A DNA stretch of 64,000 nt from an uncultured Ruminococcus sp. (GTDB lineage: Bacteria; Bacillota; Clostridia; Oscillospirales; CAG-382), in the NCBI GenBank assembly GCA_902772845.1, contig CACYCI010000018.1, positions 2,305 to 66,304 of the forward strand, in the 5' to 3' direction. The notes beneath the pieces are model-generated. The model saw nothing but the letters and a program-made list of their open reading frames with translations, did not search any database and was not told the origin of the DNA. Position 1 is the first letter of the stretch. Every line of letters begins with the position of its first letter. This document shows positions 21,639 to 30,595 of the stretch, piece by piece. A program made the position numbers and the translations under genes.

Positions 21639-24017
21639 TTATATCTGTATTTTTTTGAGCTTTGCAAAAGAAAGCATCAGCTTTTTGGTCTGACCGTTAT
21701 CGAACGAGACCGTCACGAGCGCGTCGCCGCCCATCTGTTCATATTCTTCCACGGTGCCCTTGCCGAATATTGCGTGTTCCACGCGGTCGCCGGGGGCGAA
21801 CACCGCCTTGGGCGCGGGTTTCGGTTCCGGTTGCTTTATCTTAACAAAATCTTCCACAGCGCGGTGCGAATCGTCGTAAAAATCGTGGTGACGCACGGGG
21901 CGCTCAGACGGCGTGTCGGCAAATTCGTTGCGGCGGTAATAAGTCTTCTGCGCAAAATTCTTCAGCTCGGGCGGGATCTCGTCCAGAAATTCCGAAACCG
22001 AAGAGGGGCGGAACATACCGTAGAGCATTCGCGACTGCGTGTAGCTTATATACAGGCGCCGCTTTGCGCGGGTCACGGCGACGTACGCCAAACGGCGTTC
22101 TTCTTCGACGCCGCCTTCGTCCAGCGACATCTGCGAAGGGAATATCCCCTGCTCGAACCCGGGTATGAACACGCTGCCGAACTCCAGCCCTTTTGCCGAA
22201 TGCACCGTCATAAGCGAAACGGCGTCTTCCTGCGAATCGTATGAATCGGTATCCGACACAAGCGAAATTTCCGCCAGAAAGCCCTCCAGATTCGGCTCTT
22301 CGGCGCCTTCGTCGTACAGCGCGCCCGCCGAAACAAAATCGCGCAGGTTCTGTTCGCGGTCGGAATCCATTTCTTCTTTCAGCATATCCGCGTAGCCAGT
22401 GGCTTCTATGGCGTTGGCTATCGTCTCCGCCACTGTGTGCGAAGCGGAAAAATCGGCAAGCTCTTCTATAACGGTGTAAAAGCTTTCGAGCTTCGTACAC
22501 GAACGGGCGAGCTCGGGGCGGCGCGCGGCGGTCGCTATTACCGAAAACATACTTGTGTTTTCATTCGCGGCGATATCGGCGATCTTTTCTATGGTAGTGT
22601 CGCCTATGGCGCGGCGCGGAACGTTGATCACGCGGCGCAGCCGCAGGTCGTCGGCGCGGTTGCATATAAGCGAAAGGTAGGCGATAATGTCTTTTATCTC
22701 TTTGCGTTCGTAATATTTTATGCCGCCGAACACACGGTAGGGTATGCGCGCTTTGACCAGCGCGGTCTCTATAGGGCGCGAAAGCGCGTTTGCGCGGTAA
22801 AGCACGGCTATGTCTTTATATTTTTCGCCGCCGGAATGCAGCTCTTCTATTTGCGAGCGGATAAAATCGGCCTCTTCGGTCTGCGTGTAGAGGCAGCGGA
22901 CTTCTATTTTGCCGCCCCGCTCGCCGCCGGTCCAAAGCGTTTTGCCTTTTCTGCCCTTGTTGTGCGATATCACCGCGTTGGCGGCGTCGAGTATAACGCC
23001 CGTAGAACGGTAATTCTGCTCCAGCTTTACGGTGCGCGCGTCCGGATACGCGGTATCAAAGCTGAGTATGTTTTCCACCACCGCGCCGCGGAACGAATAT
23101 ATAGACTGGTCGTCGTCGCCCACTACGCACACGTTGCGCCAGACCTTGCCCAGCGCCAGCACCAGCGCGTTCTGCGAAGGGTTGGTGTCCTGGAATTCGT
23201 CCACAAAAATGTAGCGGAACTGCTTTGCGTAATATTCAAGCGTTTCGGGCGATTCTTCAAAAAGCGTGAGCGTATTGAGTATAAGATCGTCAAAATCCAG
23301 CGCGGACGCGGCTTTTAAACGCGCCTGATATTCGGCGTAAACTTCGGCTATCTGCTCGTCGCGGCCTTCGCGGGCGGAAAGCTTTGCTTCTTCCGGCAGT
23401 ATCTGCTGTTCCTTATAGCGCGAAACAGCCGCCGCGCAGAGCTTATCCGGCAGATATTTTTCGTCTATGTGCAGGTCTTTCAGCACCTGTTTTATGGTTT
23501 TGCGCGTGTCGTCGGCGTCGTAAATGGTAAAAGAATTTGAAAAGCCGATCTTGTGTATGCTGCGGCGCAGGATGCGCACGCATATTGAATGGAACGTTCC
23601 GGCCCATATACCGTCTGCGCGCTCGCCCAGCATATTGCCAAGACGCGATTTGAATTCATCCGCCGCCTTGTTGGTGAAAGTTATGCACAGCACTTCGTCG
23701 GGCGAAGCGGGGCGCACCGCAAGCGAACGCAGCGCGTCTTTTACGGCGGCGTCGCCGTTTTGCAAAGCGGCTTCCAGCTTTTCCGCCGCCGCGGCAAAAG
23801 GAACGTCCGCGCGGTCAGATTCGGAAAGCAAGCCGAAATTAAGCACGTTGTATACGCGGTCGACCAGCACGGTGGTCTTTCCGCTGCCCGCGCCGGCAAG
23901 GACAAGGAGCGGGCCGTTCACCGCGTAGACCGCCTGCTTCTGACGGTCGTTCAGGCGTGAAAAAACGCGGTCAAAACATTTTCTCTTTATATCTGAATAT
24001 CTTTTTTCGTCATCCAT
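21639..24017 (-). CDS. pcrA: ATP-dependent DNA helicase PcrA/UvrD
   Basis: 792 aa. AGAGSGKTTVL, VDEFQDTN, VGDDDQSIYSFRGA, TVHSAKGLEF, AYVAVTRAK. Confidence 0.93.
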   Translation of the reverse strand: MDDEKRYSDIKRKCFDRVFSRLNDRQKQAVYAVNGPLLVLAGAGSGKTTVLVDRVYNVLNFGLLSESDRADVPFAAAAEKLEAALQNGDAAVKDALRSLAVRPASPDEVLCITFTNKAADEFKSRLGNMLGERADGIWAGTFHSICVRILRRSIHKIGFSNSFTIYDADDTRKTIKQVLKDLHIDEKYLPDKLCAAAVSRYKEQQILPEEAKLSAREGRDEQIAEVYAEYQARLKAASALDFDDLILNTLTLFEESPETLEYYAKQFRYIFVDEFQDTNPSQNALVLALGKVWRNVCVVGDDDQSIYSFRGAVVENILSFDTAYPDARTVKLEQNYRSTGVILDAANAVISHNKGRKGKTLWTGGERGGKIEVRCLYTQTEEADFIRSQIEELHSGGEKYKDIAVLYRANALSRPIETALVKARIPYRVFGGIKYYERKEIKDIIAYLSLICNRADDLRLRRVINVPRRAIGDTTIEKIADIAANENTSMFSVIATAARRPELARSCTKLESFYTVIEELADFSASHTVAETIANAIEATGYADMLKEEMDSDREQNLRDFVSAGALYDEGAEEPNLEGFLAEISLVSDTDSYDSQEDAVSLMTVHSAKGLEFGSVFIPGFEQGIFPSQMSLDEGGVEEERRLAYVAVTRAKRRLYISYTQSRMLYGMFRPSSVSEFLDEIPPELKNFAQKTYYRRNEFADTPSERPVRHHDFYDDSHRAVEDFVKIKQPEPKPAPKAVFAPGDRVEHAIFGKGTVEEYEQMGGDALVTVSFDNGQTKKLMLSFAKLKKIQI

Positions 24018-24106
24018 TTTTTAGTCTCCGTTTCGGCAATAATACCGACTGTACTATTATATAACACGCAGTGCAAAAATGCAAGATATTTCAGCACAAG
24101 TAACTG

Positions 24107-24135
24107 TTGATTTTTGCGCCGGACGTGTGTATAAT
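24107..24135 (+). promoter_or_regulatory. Candidate promoter of the histidine kinase gene
   Basis: TTGATT 24107-24112, 17-nt spacer, TATAAT 24130-24135. Confidence 0.45.
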
Positions 24136-24158
24136 CAAAAATACGGAGGTGGAACAAT

Positions 24159-25580
24159 ATGATCAAAAGCGTTTTTACGCGTTATATGGTTTTTATATCG
24201 CTGCTGCTGGTATTTTCTTTCGCGCTTCTCGTAATAACTCTTTCGGTCATGGTCTCGGATTATTCCGAACGCGCAAAAGAGACCGCTCTTACCGCCGCCG
24301 CCGACCAGGCGATGAAAGCGGTGGCGCCGTATCTGGGCGAAGACGAGGTAAAAGACATCCCCGACGCGGTCGCTTCCGGCGTGCGCGGCTTTGCCGAAGT
24401 CGCGGTGTCTTTTGTGTATTTGGTCGACAAAGACGGCACGCTCTTGCTCACCAACGATCCGGCGTTTTCCGAAGGGTCCGAGTTTATGGAAAGCGCGCTG
24501 GTCGAAAGCATAATGCAAAATTCCGCGTCCTATAAAATGAGCCGCATAGAAAACACTTTTTCCGAAAAAAGGTTCAATACGTTCCGTGTGCTGACCGCCG
24601 CCGACGGGCAAAGCACGGTGATAATCTTCTCGTCGCTTTCCTCGCGCGCAACATCCATGTCGGCGCCGCTTATCCGCACGCTGCTTGTCGGCTCGGTGTG
24701 GATACTTTTCGCTTCGTGCCTTACGGTGTATATACTGCTGCAGCGTATAGTCGATCCGCTCAAGAGTCTCAGCGACGCGGCGCGCGCTTTCGCCAAGGGC
24801 GATTTCAAAAAACGCGTTGCGGTCAGCGGTAACGACGAAGTAGCCGAAGTCGGCAAACAGTTCAACAATATGGCGGCGGTGCTCGAAAAGAACGAAGAAA
24901 TGCGCAATTCCTTCATCGGCTCGGTCAGCCACGACCTGCGCACCCCGATGACCGTCATTCAGGGCTATGTGGACGGCATACGCGACGGCACTATCCCGCA
25001 GGAAAAACACGCGTATTATCTGGATATAATATCTTCGGAAGTAAAACGGCTGTCGCGGCTGGTCAATTCGCTGCTTCAGATCACGCGTATGCAGTCGGGC
25101 GAGCAGAAATACACGCTCACGCGGTTCAACATATCCGAAAAAGCGCGGCAGGTGCTCTTATCGCTGGAAAAGCGCATAGACGAAAAATCGCTTGACGTGG
25201 ATTTTGACAACGAAGAAGATCTGTTCGCGTTTGCCGACACCGATGCGGTGCATCAGGTGCTGTTCAATCTTATGGAAAACGCGGTCAAGTTCGTAGACCG
25301 CGGCGGCACGTTCAGGGTGCGCTTATACAAAGACGGCGGCAAGGCGCACGTCCTTGTGGAAAACAGCGGCGAAGGCATCCCCGCCGAAGAGATACCGCAC
25401 GTCTTTGAGCGTTTCTATAAATCCGACCGTTCGCGCGGGCTGGATAAGACCGGCACCGGGCTGGGCCTTTATATAGCCAAGACCAATATAGAACGCATGG
25501 GCGGCAGCATTTCGGTCAGCTCGGTCCCCGGCGAATATACAAGGTTCGAATTCGATCTGCCGCTGGCTGACGAAAAATAA
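24159..25580 (+). CDS. Sensor histidine kinase (2 TM, HAMP, HisKA, HATPase_c)
   Basis: 473 aa. H-box SHDLRTPMT, N-box LMENAVKF, G-boxes GEGIP / GTGLGL. Two TM segments flank a ~130-aa external loop. Confidence 0.9.
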   Translation: MIKSVFTRYMVFISLLLVFSFALLVITLSVMVSDYSERAKETALTAAADQAMKAVAPYLGEDEVKDIPDAVASGVRGFAEVAVSFVYLVDKDGTLLLTNDPAFSEGSEFMESALVESIMQNSASYKMSRIENTFSEKRFNTFRVLTAADGQSTVIIFSSLSSRATSMSAPLIRTLLVGSVWILFASCLTVYILLQRIVDPLKSLSDAARAFAKGDFKKRVAVSGNDEVAEVGKQFNNMAAVLEKNEEMRNSFIGSVSHDLRTPMTVIQGYVDGIRDGTIPQEKHAYYLDIISSEVKRLSRLVNSLLQITRMQSGEQKYTLTRFNISEKARQVLLSLEKRIDEKSLDVDFDNEEDLFAFADTDAVHQVLFNLMENAVKFVDRGGTFRVRLYKDGGKAHVLVENSGEGIPAEEIPHVFERFYKSDRSRGLDKTGTGLGLYIAKTNIERMGGSISVSSVPGEYTRFEFDLPLADEK

Positions 25581-25656
25581 TTTTCGGTTTTTAAGGTGGA
25601 TTTAAGAATAGAACAGTATACTTATGCCGAAAAGAGAAAAAGGAGGTATATTCTTT

Positions 25657-27096
25657 ATGGATGAAAACGAAAACGTCCGCGAAACAGAGTCGGAACTCGC
25701 TTCCAAGCCGGAAGCGGTACCGGGATCCGCCGCGGAAGATATAACTGAAGGACCCGCCGAAACAGCGGAGGAAGCGCCCGCAAGCGAAAGCAAGCCCGCC
25801 GCGCATTTTACCGAAGGCGAAACCTACGAATGGAACGGCGAAAGCTTTGTAAAAGCCAAAAAGAAAAAAGGTCTGCTCGTGTTCGTCGCCTGCCTTTGCG
25901 TGGCGCTCGTCGCCGCGCTGACGGCGCTGGGGCTGGTGCTGTATAATACCGGCGCTTTCCGCGGTGCGGAAACGGATCTCTCAAAGCAGGAAGAAAAATC
26001 TACGCAGCATTTTCAAAAGCCGGACAAAGATAAAAACGGCGGCAGCGGTCCTGCGGGCGACGTTTCCGGCGATCCCGGACCGAGAGAACACGATTTTCCC
26101 GGCTCCGGCAGCACCGTCATCCGTCCTTCCGAAGGCGACGCGCTTTCCGTGGCTGACCTGTACGAAAAATGCGCGCCCGCCTGCTGCACTATCTACGTCC
26201 CCGTCAGCGGCGGCGCCGTGCTCGGCAGCGGATTCGTCGTGGACGCCGAAAACGGCTACGTCGTGACCAATCACCACGTTATAGAAAAAGCCGGCAAAAC
26301 CATAACCGTTAAGTTTTATGACGGCAGACAGTATCCCGCCGAGCTCGTCGGCAGCGACGAGGATACGGATATAGCGGTGCTCAAAATAGAAGCCGAAAAC
26401 CTCACCGAGCTTCCGCTCGGCGACAGCTCGACCGCCCGCGTGGGCGATCCCGTCATAGCAATAGGCACTCCGTATTCCGAAGACCTCGCCGGAACGCTGA
26501 CCAACGGCATGATCTCCGGCGTTGACCGCAAGTTCGAAGTCAAGGACTATTTCGGCCGCACCGAAAAGATCATGAAACTCATCCAGACCAACGCCGCCAT
26601 AAACAGCGGCAATTCCGGCGGCCCGCTCATAAATATGCACGGGCAGGTGATCGGCATAAACGTCATGAAGCTCATCAACGATTATGAAGGGCTCGGTTTT
26701 GCAATACCAATGTCCAGCGCGGTCACGGTCATAAACAACCTTATCGATTACGGCAAAGTCGTCGACCGCACCGACCTTGTCATCACTCCCGCAAAGCTCG
26801 GCATAACGGCTTCTTCGCTTTCCCCTAACGACGAAGGCCTGCGCGAAGAATACGATCTGCCTGAGGATCTTCCCGAAGGCGTGCTGGTGCTGGAAACTTC
26901 GCGTTCCACCGCGGTGTATAAGGCGGGGCTCAGGAATTTTGATATCATCACCGAATTCGACGGCGTAAAGATCGAAAAGTTCGACGATCTCAAAGCGCAG
27001 CTCGGCGAACATTCCGTCGGCGATACCGTCACGCTCAAATTCTACCGGTTCGAGACCGGCGAAGAAAAAACCATAGAATTCACGCTGGAAAAATAA
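25657..27096 (+). CDS. htrA: HtrA/DegP-family serine protease with PDZ domain, membrane anchored
   Basis: Catalytic contexts VTNHHVI, DIAVLKI, GNSGGPLIN. C-terminal PDZ. N-terminal acidic region plus one TM. Start placed at ATG 25657, 10 nt after AGGAGG (the track starts at 25624). Confidence 0.9.
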   Translation: MDENENVRETESELASKPEAVPGSAAEDITEGPAETAEEAPASESKPAAHFTEGETYEWNGESFVKAKKKKGLLVFVACLCVALVAALTALGLVLYNTGAFRGAETDLSKQEEKSTQHFQKPDKDKNGGSGPAGDVSGDPGPREHDFPGSGSTVIRPSEGDALSVADLYEKCAPACCTIYVPVSGGAVLGSGFVVDAENGYVVTNHHVIEKAGKTITVKFYDGRQYPAELVGSDEDTDIAVLKIEAENLTELPLGDSSTARVGDPVIAIGTPYSEDLAGTLTNGMISGVDRKFEVKDYFGRTEKIMKLIQTNAAINSGNSGGPLINMHGQVIGINVMKLINDYEGLGFAIPMSSAVTVINNLIDYGKVVDRTDLVITPAKLGITASSLSPNDEGLREEYDLPEDLPEGVLVLETSRSTAVYKAGLRNFDIITEFDGVKIEKFDDLKAQLGEHSVGDTVTLKFYRFETGEEKTIEFTLEK

Positions 27097-27099
27097 ACG
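27032..27099 (+). repeat. Direct repeat copy 1 (authentic htrA 3' end and stop)
   Basis: 68 nt, 62/68 identical by hand alignment to 28965-29032. Confidence 0.8.
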
Positions 27100-27110
27100 A
27101 AATAACGTTT

Positions 27111-27150
27111 GCCGCTCCTCCCGTCAAAATGGGGGGAGCGGCGTTTTTTC
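27111..27150 (+). terminator. Rho-independent terminator after htrA
   Basis: Stem gccgctcctccc / ggggggagcggc, then TTTTTT. Confidence 0.7.
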
Positions 27151-27223
27151 GTGCAAAATAATACTTGACTAACGGCGCGCGCTATGGTAGTATAAATTAA
27201 CAAATTGTGCTTGGAGGAAGACA

Positions 27224-28957
27224 ATGAGAAAGCTTTATGTCATGTTCTTCGCCGCCGTGCTGGCGCTTGCGGTCTCGTTTTCTCTGACCGCGTGCGGCGA
27301 AAGCGGGATCCCCCACAGTCTTATCGGCGGCGTTTCTGAAGAAGCGGAGTCTGACGGCGGTCAGCAGCCCGGTACGGAAATAGAAAAACCGCAAGGTGAA
27401 TCTTACCGCGTCGCTTCAATAGAGCCCCTGGAAGAAGACGCCTACGGTCTTGAACTCATCCTCGGCGCCGACGGCAGCTTTTCGCTCATAGCCGCAGAGA
27501 CGCGTTCCGGCGAAAGCGTCGGGGTCTCCGGATTCACCGGCACGGTGACGCGGTATGATATAACGTCCGGATCTTATATCGGGGCGGGCGACACCGTTAC
27601 GCTCGATGCGAAAAAGGAGTTCTTTCGTTACGTCGCGGATTCCGAAGCGAGCAAGGAATATATTCTTGATAAAATGAAAAATCAACTGGGCGAAAGCGAT
27701 TACGCCATGCTGGTGGAAAGCTTCGGCAAAAACGGAGTAGAAAACAACAATTCCGATCAGATCGGCACAGAGCTCGATATCCTGCTTTCCAACGGCGTCG
27801 CCTATATCAAAACCGACGTCCGCAGCAGTGTGCGTACGGAATATGAATATGACGAAGACGGCAGATGCATAAGCCGGACCGTTTCCCAAACGGGCGGCGA
27901 CGTTCATGCGGAGCGTTATAAATACGAAAACGGCAAGCTCGTTCACACGTCTGTTCTTGAAACGAGCGCCGACGGGAAACGCAAGAATTATTCCGAAAGA
28001 GTTTTCAAAGACGGAGCTTCTTCTGTTTTGACTTACATAAGAACAGAAACCGTCGGCGACGACGGCACATATAACGAAGAGATGTTCTGCGACGAAGAAG
28101 GCAGGATAGCAATGTCGGTCGTATCGAAACCCGACGGCAGCAAGACAGAGATATTCTATGACGAAAACGGCGAAACAACGCGCCGCGTCTTAACGGATCC
28201 GGACGGCAGCGTGAAAGACGTGACTTATTCCGCTGACGGAAGCAGGGTCGTTGAGCTGCATTACCCGGAAAGCGGGATAACAAGGCGCTGCGAGTTCGGG
28301 CATGACGGAAAACTGCTGCATGTAGGTTATTCTGACAGCGACGGCAAAGACATAAGTGATTCCGTTACTTACGTCGGCACGGATTGCAGCGGTATCGCGC
28401 TCGATCTTGTCCGCGACGCCGCGTACGGCGAAGGCGTCACGGTAGACGTTCCGGCTAATGAAAACGGCACCTCCGGCACCGTTTCGCTGGTTTGGGATTC
28501 CGAAAACGCCTGCGCGTACGTTTATGCCGACATAAACGACGCGACCGACAGCTTCAGAGCCGTATACGACTATTACGTTTACGACGAGATGCTTTGGATC
28601 GAGATCGGCGAAAACGATTCCGAATATCTGACCTTTTATACCGACAGGCACGATGATTACAGCCGCAACGGCAAATTCGTAAAAGCCGAAAAACCGGACG
28701 GTTCCGGCTGGAAGGTCGAAGGCGTTATATATTACGACAGTTCGTTGGGCGAGATCGGACCCGACTCCGAAGGATTTGTCACACTTTACGCCGGTTTCTA
28801 TTTTGTAGACGAATACTATTACAACGACGAGCCGCTTTCCGGCCTCAGCGACGAGTACCTGAAGTCCGTCGGCTTCGACAGATCCAAAATCGAGTTTGGA
28901 TTTGCTCAGAACGTCGGCAGCATTATCGTAGACACGAACTACCGCGAAGCAGAATAA
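27224..28957 (+). CDS. Lipoprotein with YD (RHS-type) repeats
   Basis: 577 aa. Lipobox SLTAC. YD-like repeats YEYDEDGRCISRTV, ERYKYENGKLVHT, EIFYDENGETTRRV, VTYSADGSRVVEL. GGAGG SD. Confidence 0.7.
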   Translation: MRKLYVMFFAAVLALAVSFSLTACGESGIPHSLIGGVSEEAESDGGQQPGTEIEKPQGESYRVASIEPLEEDAYGLELILGADGSFSLIAAETRSGESVGVSGFTGTVTRYDITSGSYIGAGDTVTLDAKKEFFRYVADSEASKEYILDKMKNQLGESDYAMLVESFGKNGVENNNSDQIGTELDILLSNGVAYIKTDVRSSVRTEYEYDEDGRCISRTVSQTGGDVHAERYKYENGKLVHTSVLETSADGKRKNYSERVFKDGASSVLTYIRTETVGDDGTYNEEMFCDEEGRIAMSVVSKPDGSKTEIFYDENGETTRRVLTDPDGSVKDVTYSADGSRVVELHYPESGITRRCEFGHDGKLLHVGYSDSDGKDISDSVTYVGTDCSGIALDLVRDAAYGEGVTVDVPANENGTSGTVSLVWDSENACAYVYADINDATDSFRAVYDYYVYDEMLWIEIGENDSEYLTFYTDRHDDYSRNGKFVKAEKPDGSGWKVEGVIYYDSSLGEIGPDSEGFVTLYAGFYFVDEYYYNDEPLSGLSDEYLKSVGFDRSKIEFGFAQNVGSIIVDTNYREAE

Positions 28958-28964
28958 GGCGCGG

Positions 28965-29032
28965 CGCTCAAATTCTACCGGTCCAAGACCGGCGAAGAAA
29001 CGGCCATAGAATTCACGCCGGAAAAATAAACG
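28965..29032 (+). pseudogene. Orphan htrA 3'-end fragment (direct repeat copy 2)
   Basis: Would read LKFYRSKTGEETAIEFTPEK*, against LKFYRFETGEEKTIEFTLEK* in htrA. 6 mismatches in 68 nt. No upstream ORF attached. Confidence 0.7.
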
Positions 29033-29050
29033 CAAAAAGCTCAAACAAAA

Positions 29051-29089
29051 ACCGCTTCCGTATATCACAACGGAAGCGGTCGTTTTTAT
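29051..29089 (+). terminator. Rho-independent terminator after the htrA-like fragment
   Basis: Stem accgcttccg / cggaagcggt with a 10-nt loop, then CGTTTTTATT. Confidence 0.65.
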
Positions 29090-29246
29090 TGCTTGGATTG
29101 GAGTGCGCTTATCTGCGCTCTTATTGCGGCTGTACGGGGCAGAGCGCAAAGAAACGAGCGATTTTACGTGAAAAACGAGCGTCGCCGTACAGGCGTACGG
29201 CAGTCGAGTTTTTCGCGTAAGCACAACAAAAAAGCACGATCAGGAG

Positions 29247-29287
29247 AAGGAAAACAAAGGTCATACCGTAAGAAAAACGGTATGACC
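29247..29287 (-). terminator. Rho-independent terminator of the oxidoreductase gene
   Basis: Stem ggtcataccg / cggtatgacc, followed on the minus strand by TTTGTTTTCC. Confidence 0.6.
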
Positions 29288-29344
29288 TTATTCAAATATT
29301 ATCTGATCGTGCGGTAAATCGCCGCTTATCTGCGCTCTGCGCTA

Positions 29345-30409
29345 TTACTCAAGGACGATTTCCTTGCCGGACGCCGAAGAATCGTACATCGCCTGCATCA
29401 TCTTGGCGGTGATGATGACGGTGTCGATATGCGAGGGGAGCTTTTCGCCGGTGCGGATGCAGCGGACGAAAGAATCGATCTCGGTCTGGAAATGCTGGTT
29501 GGGGGTGAATTTGGGTTTGGCGGAAACGAGGCAGCCGCAAGCGGTGGTCCACAGAGTGAAATCTCCGCCGTACTGAAGTCTGATACCGCCCTTGGTGCCG
29601 ATGAAATCTATATAAGATTCGCCAATGCCAATGTTCTGCGCCCACGCGCCGTTGAAGGTGATGGTCGGGCCGGAGGTGCGGACGAAACCGGTGACAAAGT
29701 CGTCAACGTCGTAGGTGCCGTTGAGATCCTTGGTGTTTTCAGCCCACATGGATTCGTAAACGTAGTTCTTCATGTCTACGCCCAGCTTGGAGAAAGCTTT
29801 TGCCGAAACGGTCTTGGGGGTGGGGTCGCCCATGCAGTACATAACTATATCAAGATAATGTACGCCCCAGTCTATAAGAACGCCGCCGCCGGAGATCTCG
29901 TTGGTGGTGAATGCGCCGCCGAGGCCGGGGATGGAACGCTGCGAGCGGAAGCTGACGTAAACGTGGTAAACTTCGCCCAGATCGCCGCGCTGGATCATTT
30001 CGCGGATCTTGTTGACAGCCGCGTTGAAACGGTTGACAACGCCTATGTTGAGCACTTTGCCGTATTTGTGCTGCGCTTCCTGCATTTTGAGCGCGTCGGC
30101 ATAGGTGCGTGCGGCGGGTTTTTCGCACAGGACGTTCTTGCCGGCGGCAAGCGCGTCGCACGAAATGGTCATGTGCATTTTGTTGGGGGTACAAACGGAA
30201 ACGGCTTCGACTTCGGGGTCGGCGAGCACGTCGTGATAATCTACGCAAGCTTTGCCGCATTTGTATTTTTCAACGGCGGCGTCGGCTCTTTCGGGAATGA
30301 TATCGCAGAAATATTTGATCTCTACGTCGGGATTATTGAGATAAGCGGGGATATGCGCGTTGTTGGCGATTGTACCGCATCCGATGATGCCTATTTTCAT
30401 TTTTGCCAT
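29345..30409 (-). CDS. Gfo/Idh/MocA family NAD(P)-dependent oxidoreductase
   Basis: MAKMKIGIIGCGTIANNAHIPAYL Rossmann N-terminus. Start moved to ATG 30409 behind GGAGG. The track's extra 63 N-terminal codons look non-coding. Confidence 0.88.
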   Translation of the reverse strand: MAKMKIGIIGCGTIANNAHIPAYLNNPDVEIKYFCDIIPERADAAVEKYKCGKACVDYHDVLADPEVEAVSVCTPNKMHMTISCDALAAGKNVLCEKPAARTYADALKMQEAQHKYGKVLNIGVVNRFNAAVNKIREMIQRGDLGEVYHVYVSFRSQRSIPGLGGAFTTNEISGGGVLIDWGVHYLDIVMYCMGDPTPKTVSAKAFSKLGVDMKNYVYESMWAENTKDLNGTYDVDDFVTGFVRTSGPTITFNGAWAQNIGIGESYIDFIGTKGGIRLQYGGDFTLWTTACGCLVSAKPKFTPNQHFQTEIDSFVRCIRTGEKLPSHIDTVIITAKMMQAMYDSSASGKEIVLE

Positions 30410-30566
30410 TTGATATATTCCTCCAAACGTTTTTGTTACTTGAATTTTATCACATAAGCGTCGTAAAATCAATAGAAATCTCAAAAATAATGACGGCTTA
30501 TTCACCATATTTTGTGCCTTAGTGCGCAGACGGACGGCACATATGCCGTCTGTCCGCCCGTTTTGC

Positions 30567-30595
30567 TTGACAACCGCGGAAAAAGGGGGTATAAT
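30567..30595 (+). promoter_or_regulatory. Consensus sigma-A promoter upstream of radC
   Basis: TTGACA 30567-30572, 17-nt spacer, TATAAT 30590-30595. Confidence 0.55.

Noticed and set aside
27224-28957. YD-repeat protein considered as an RHS polymorphic toxin
   Set aside because: It is far too short. No RHS core-terminating motif, toxin domain or downstream immunity ORF is visible.
29093-29317. 74-aa ORF (hydrophobic N-terminus, very basic tail) in the structured spacer, considered as a type I toxin-like peptide
   Set aside because: It has a TTG start without an SD and runs straight through several hairpins, including a terminator. The basic tail is explained by A/G-rich spacer sequence. There is no supporting antisense-RNA arrangement.
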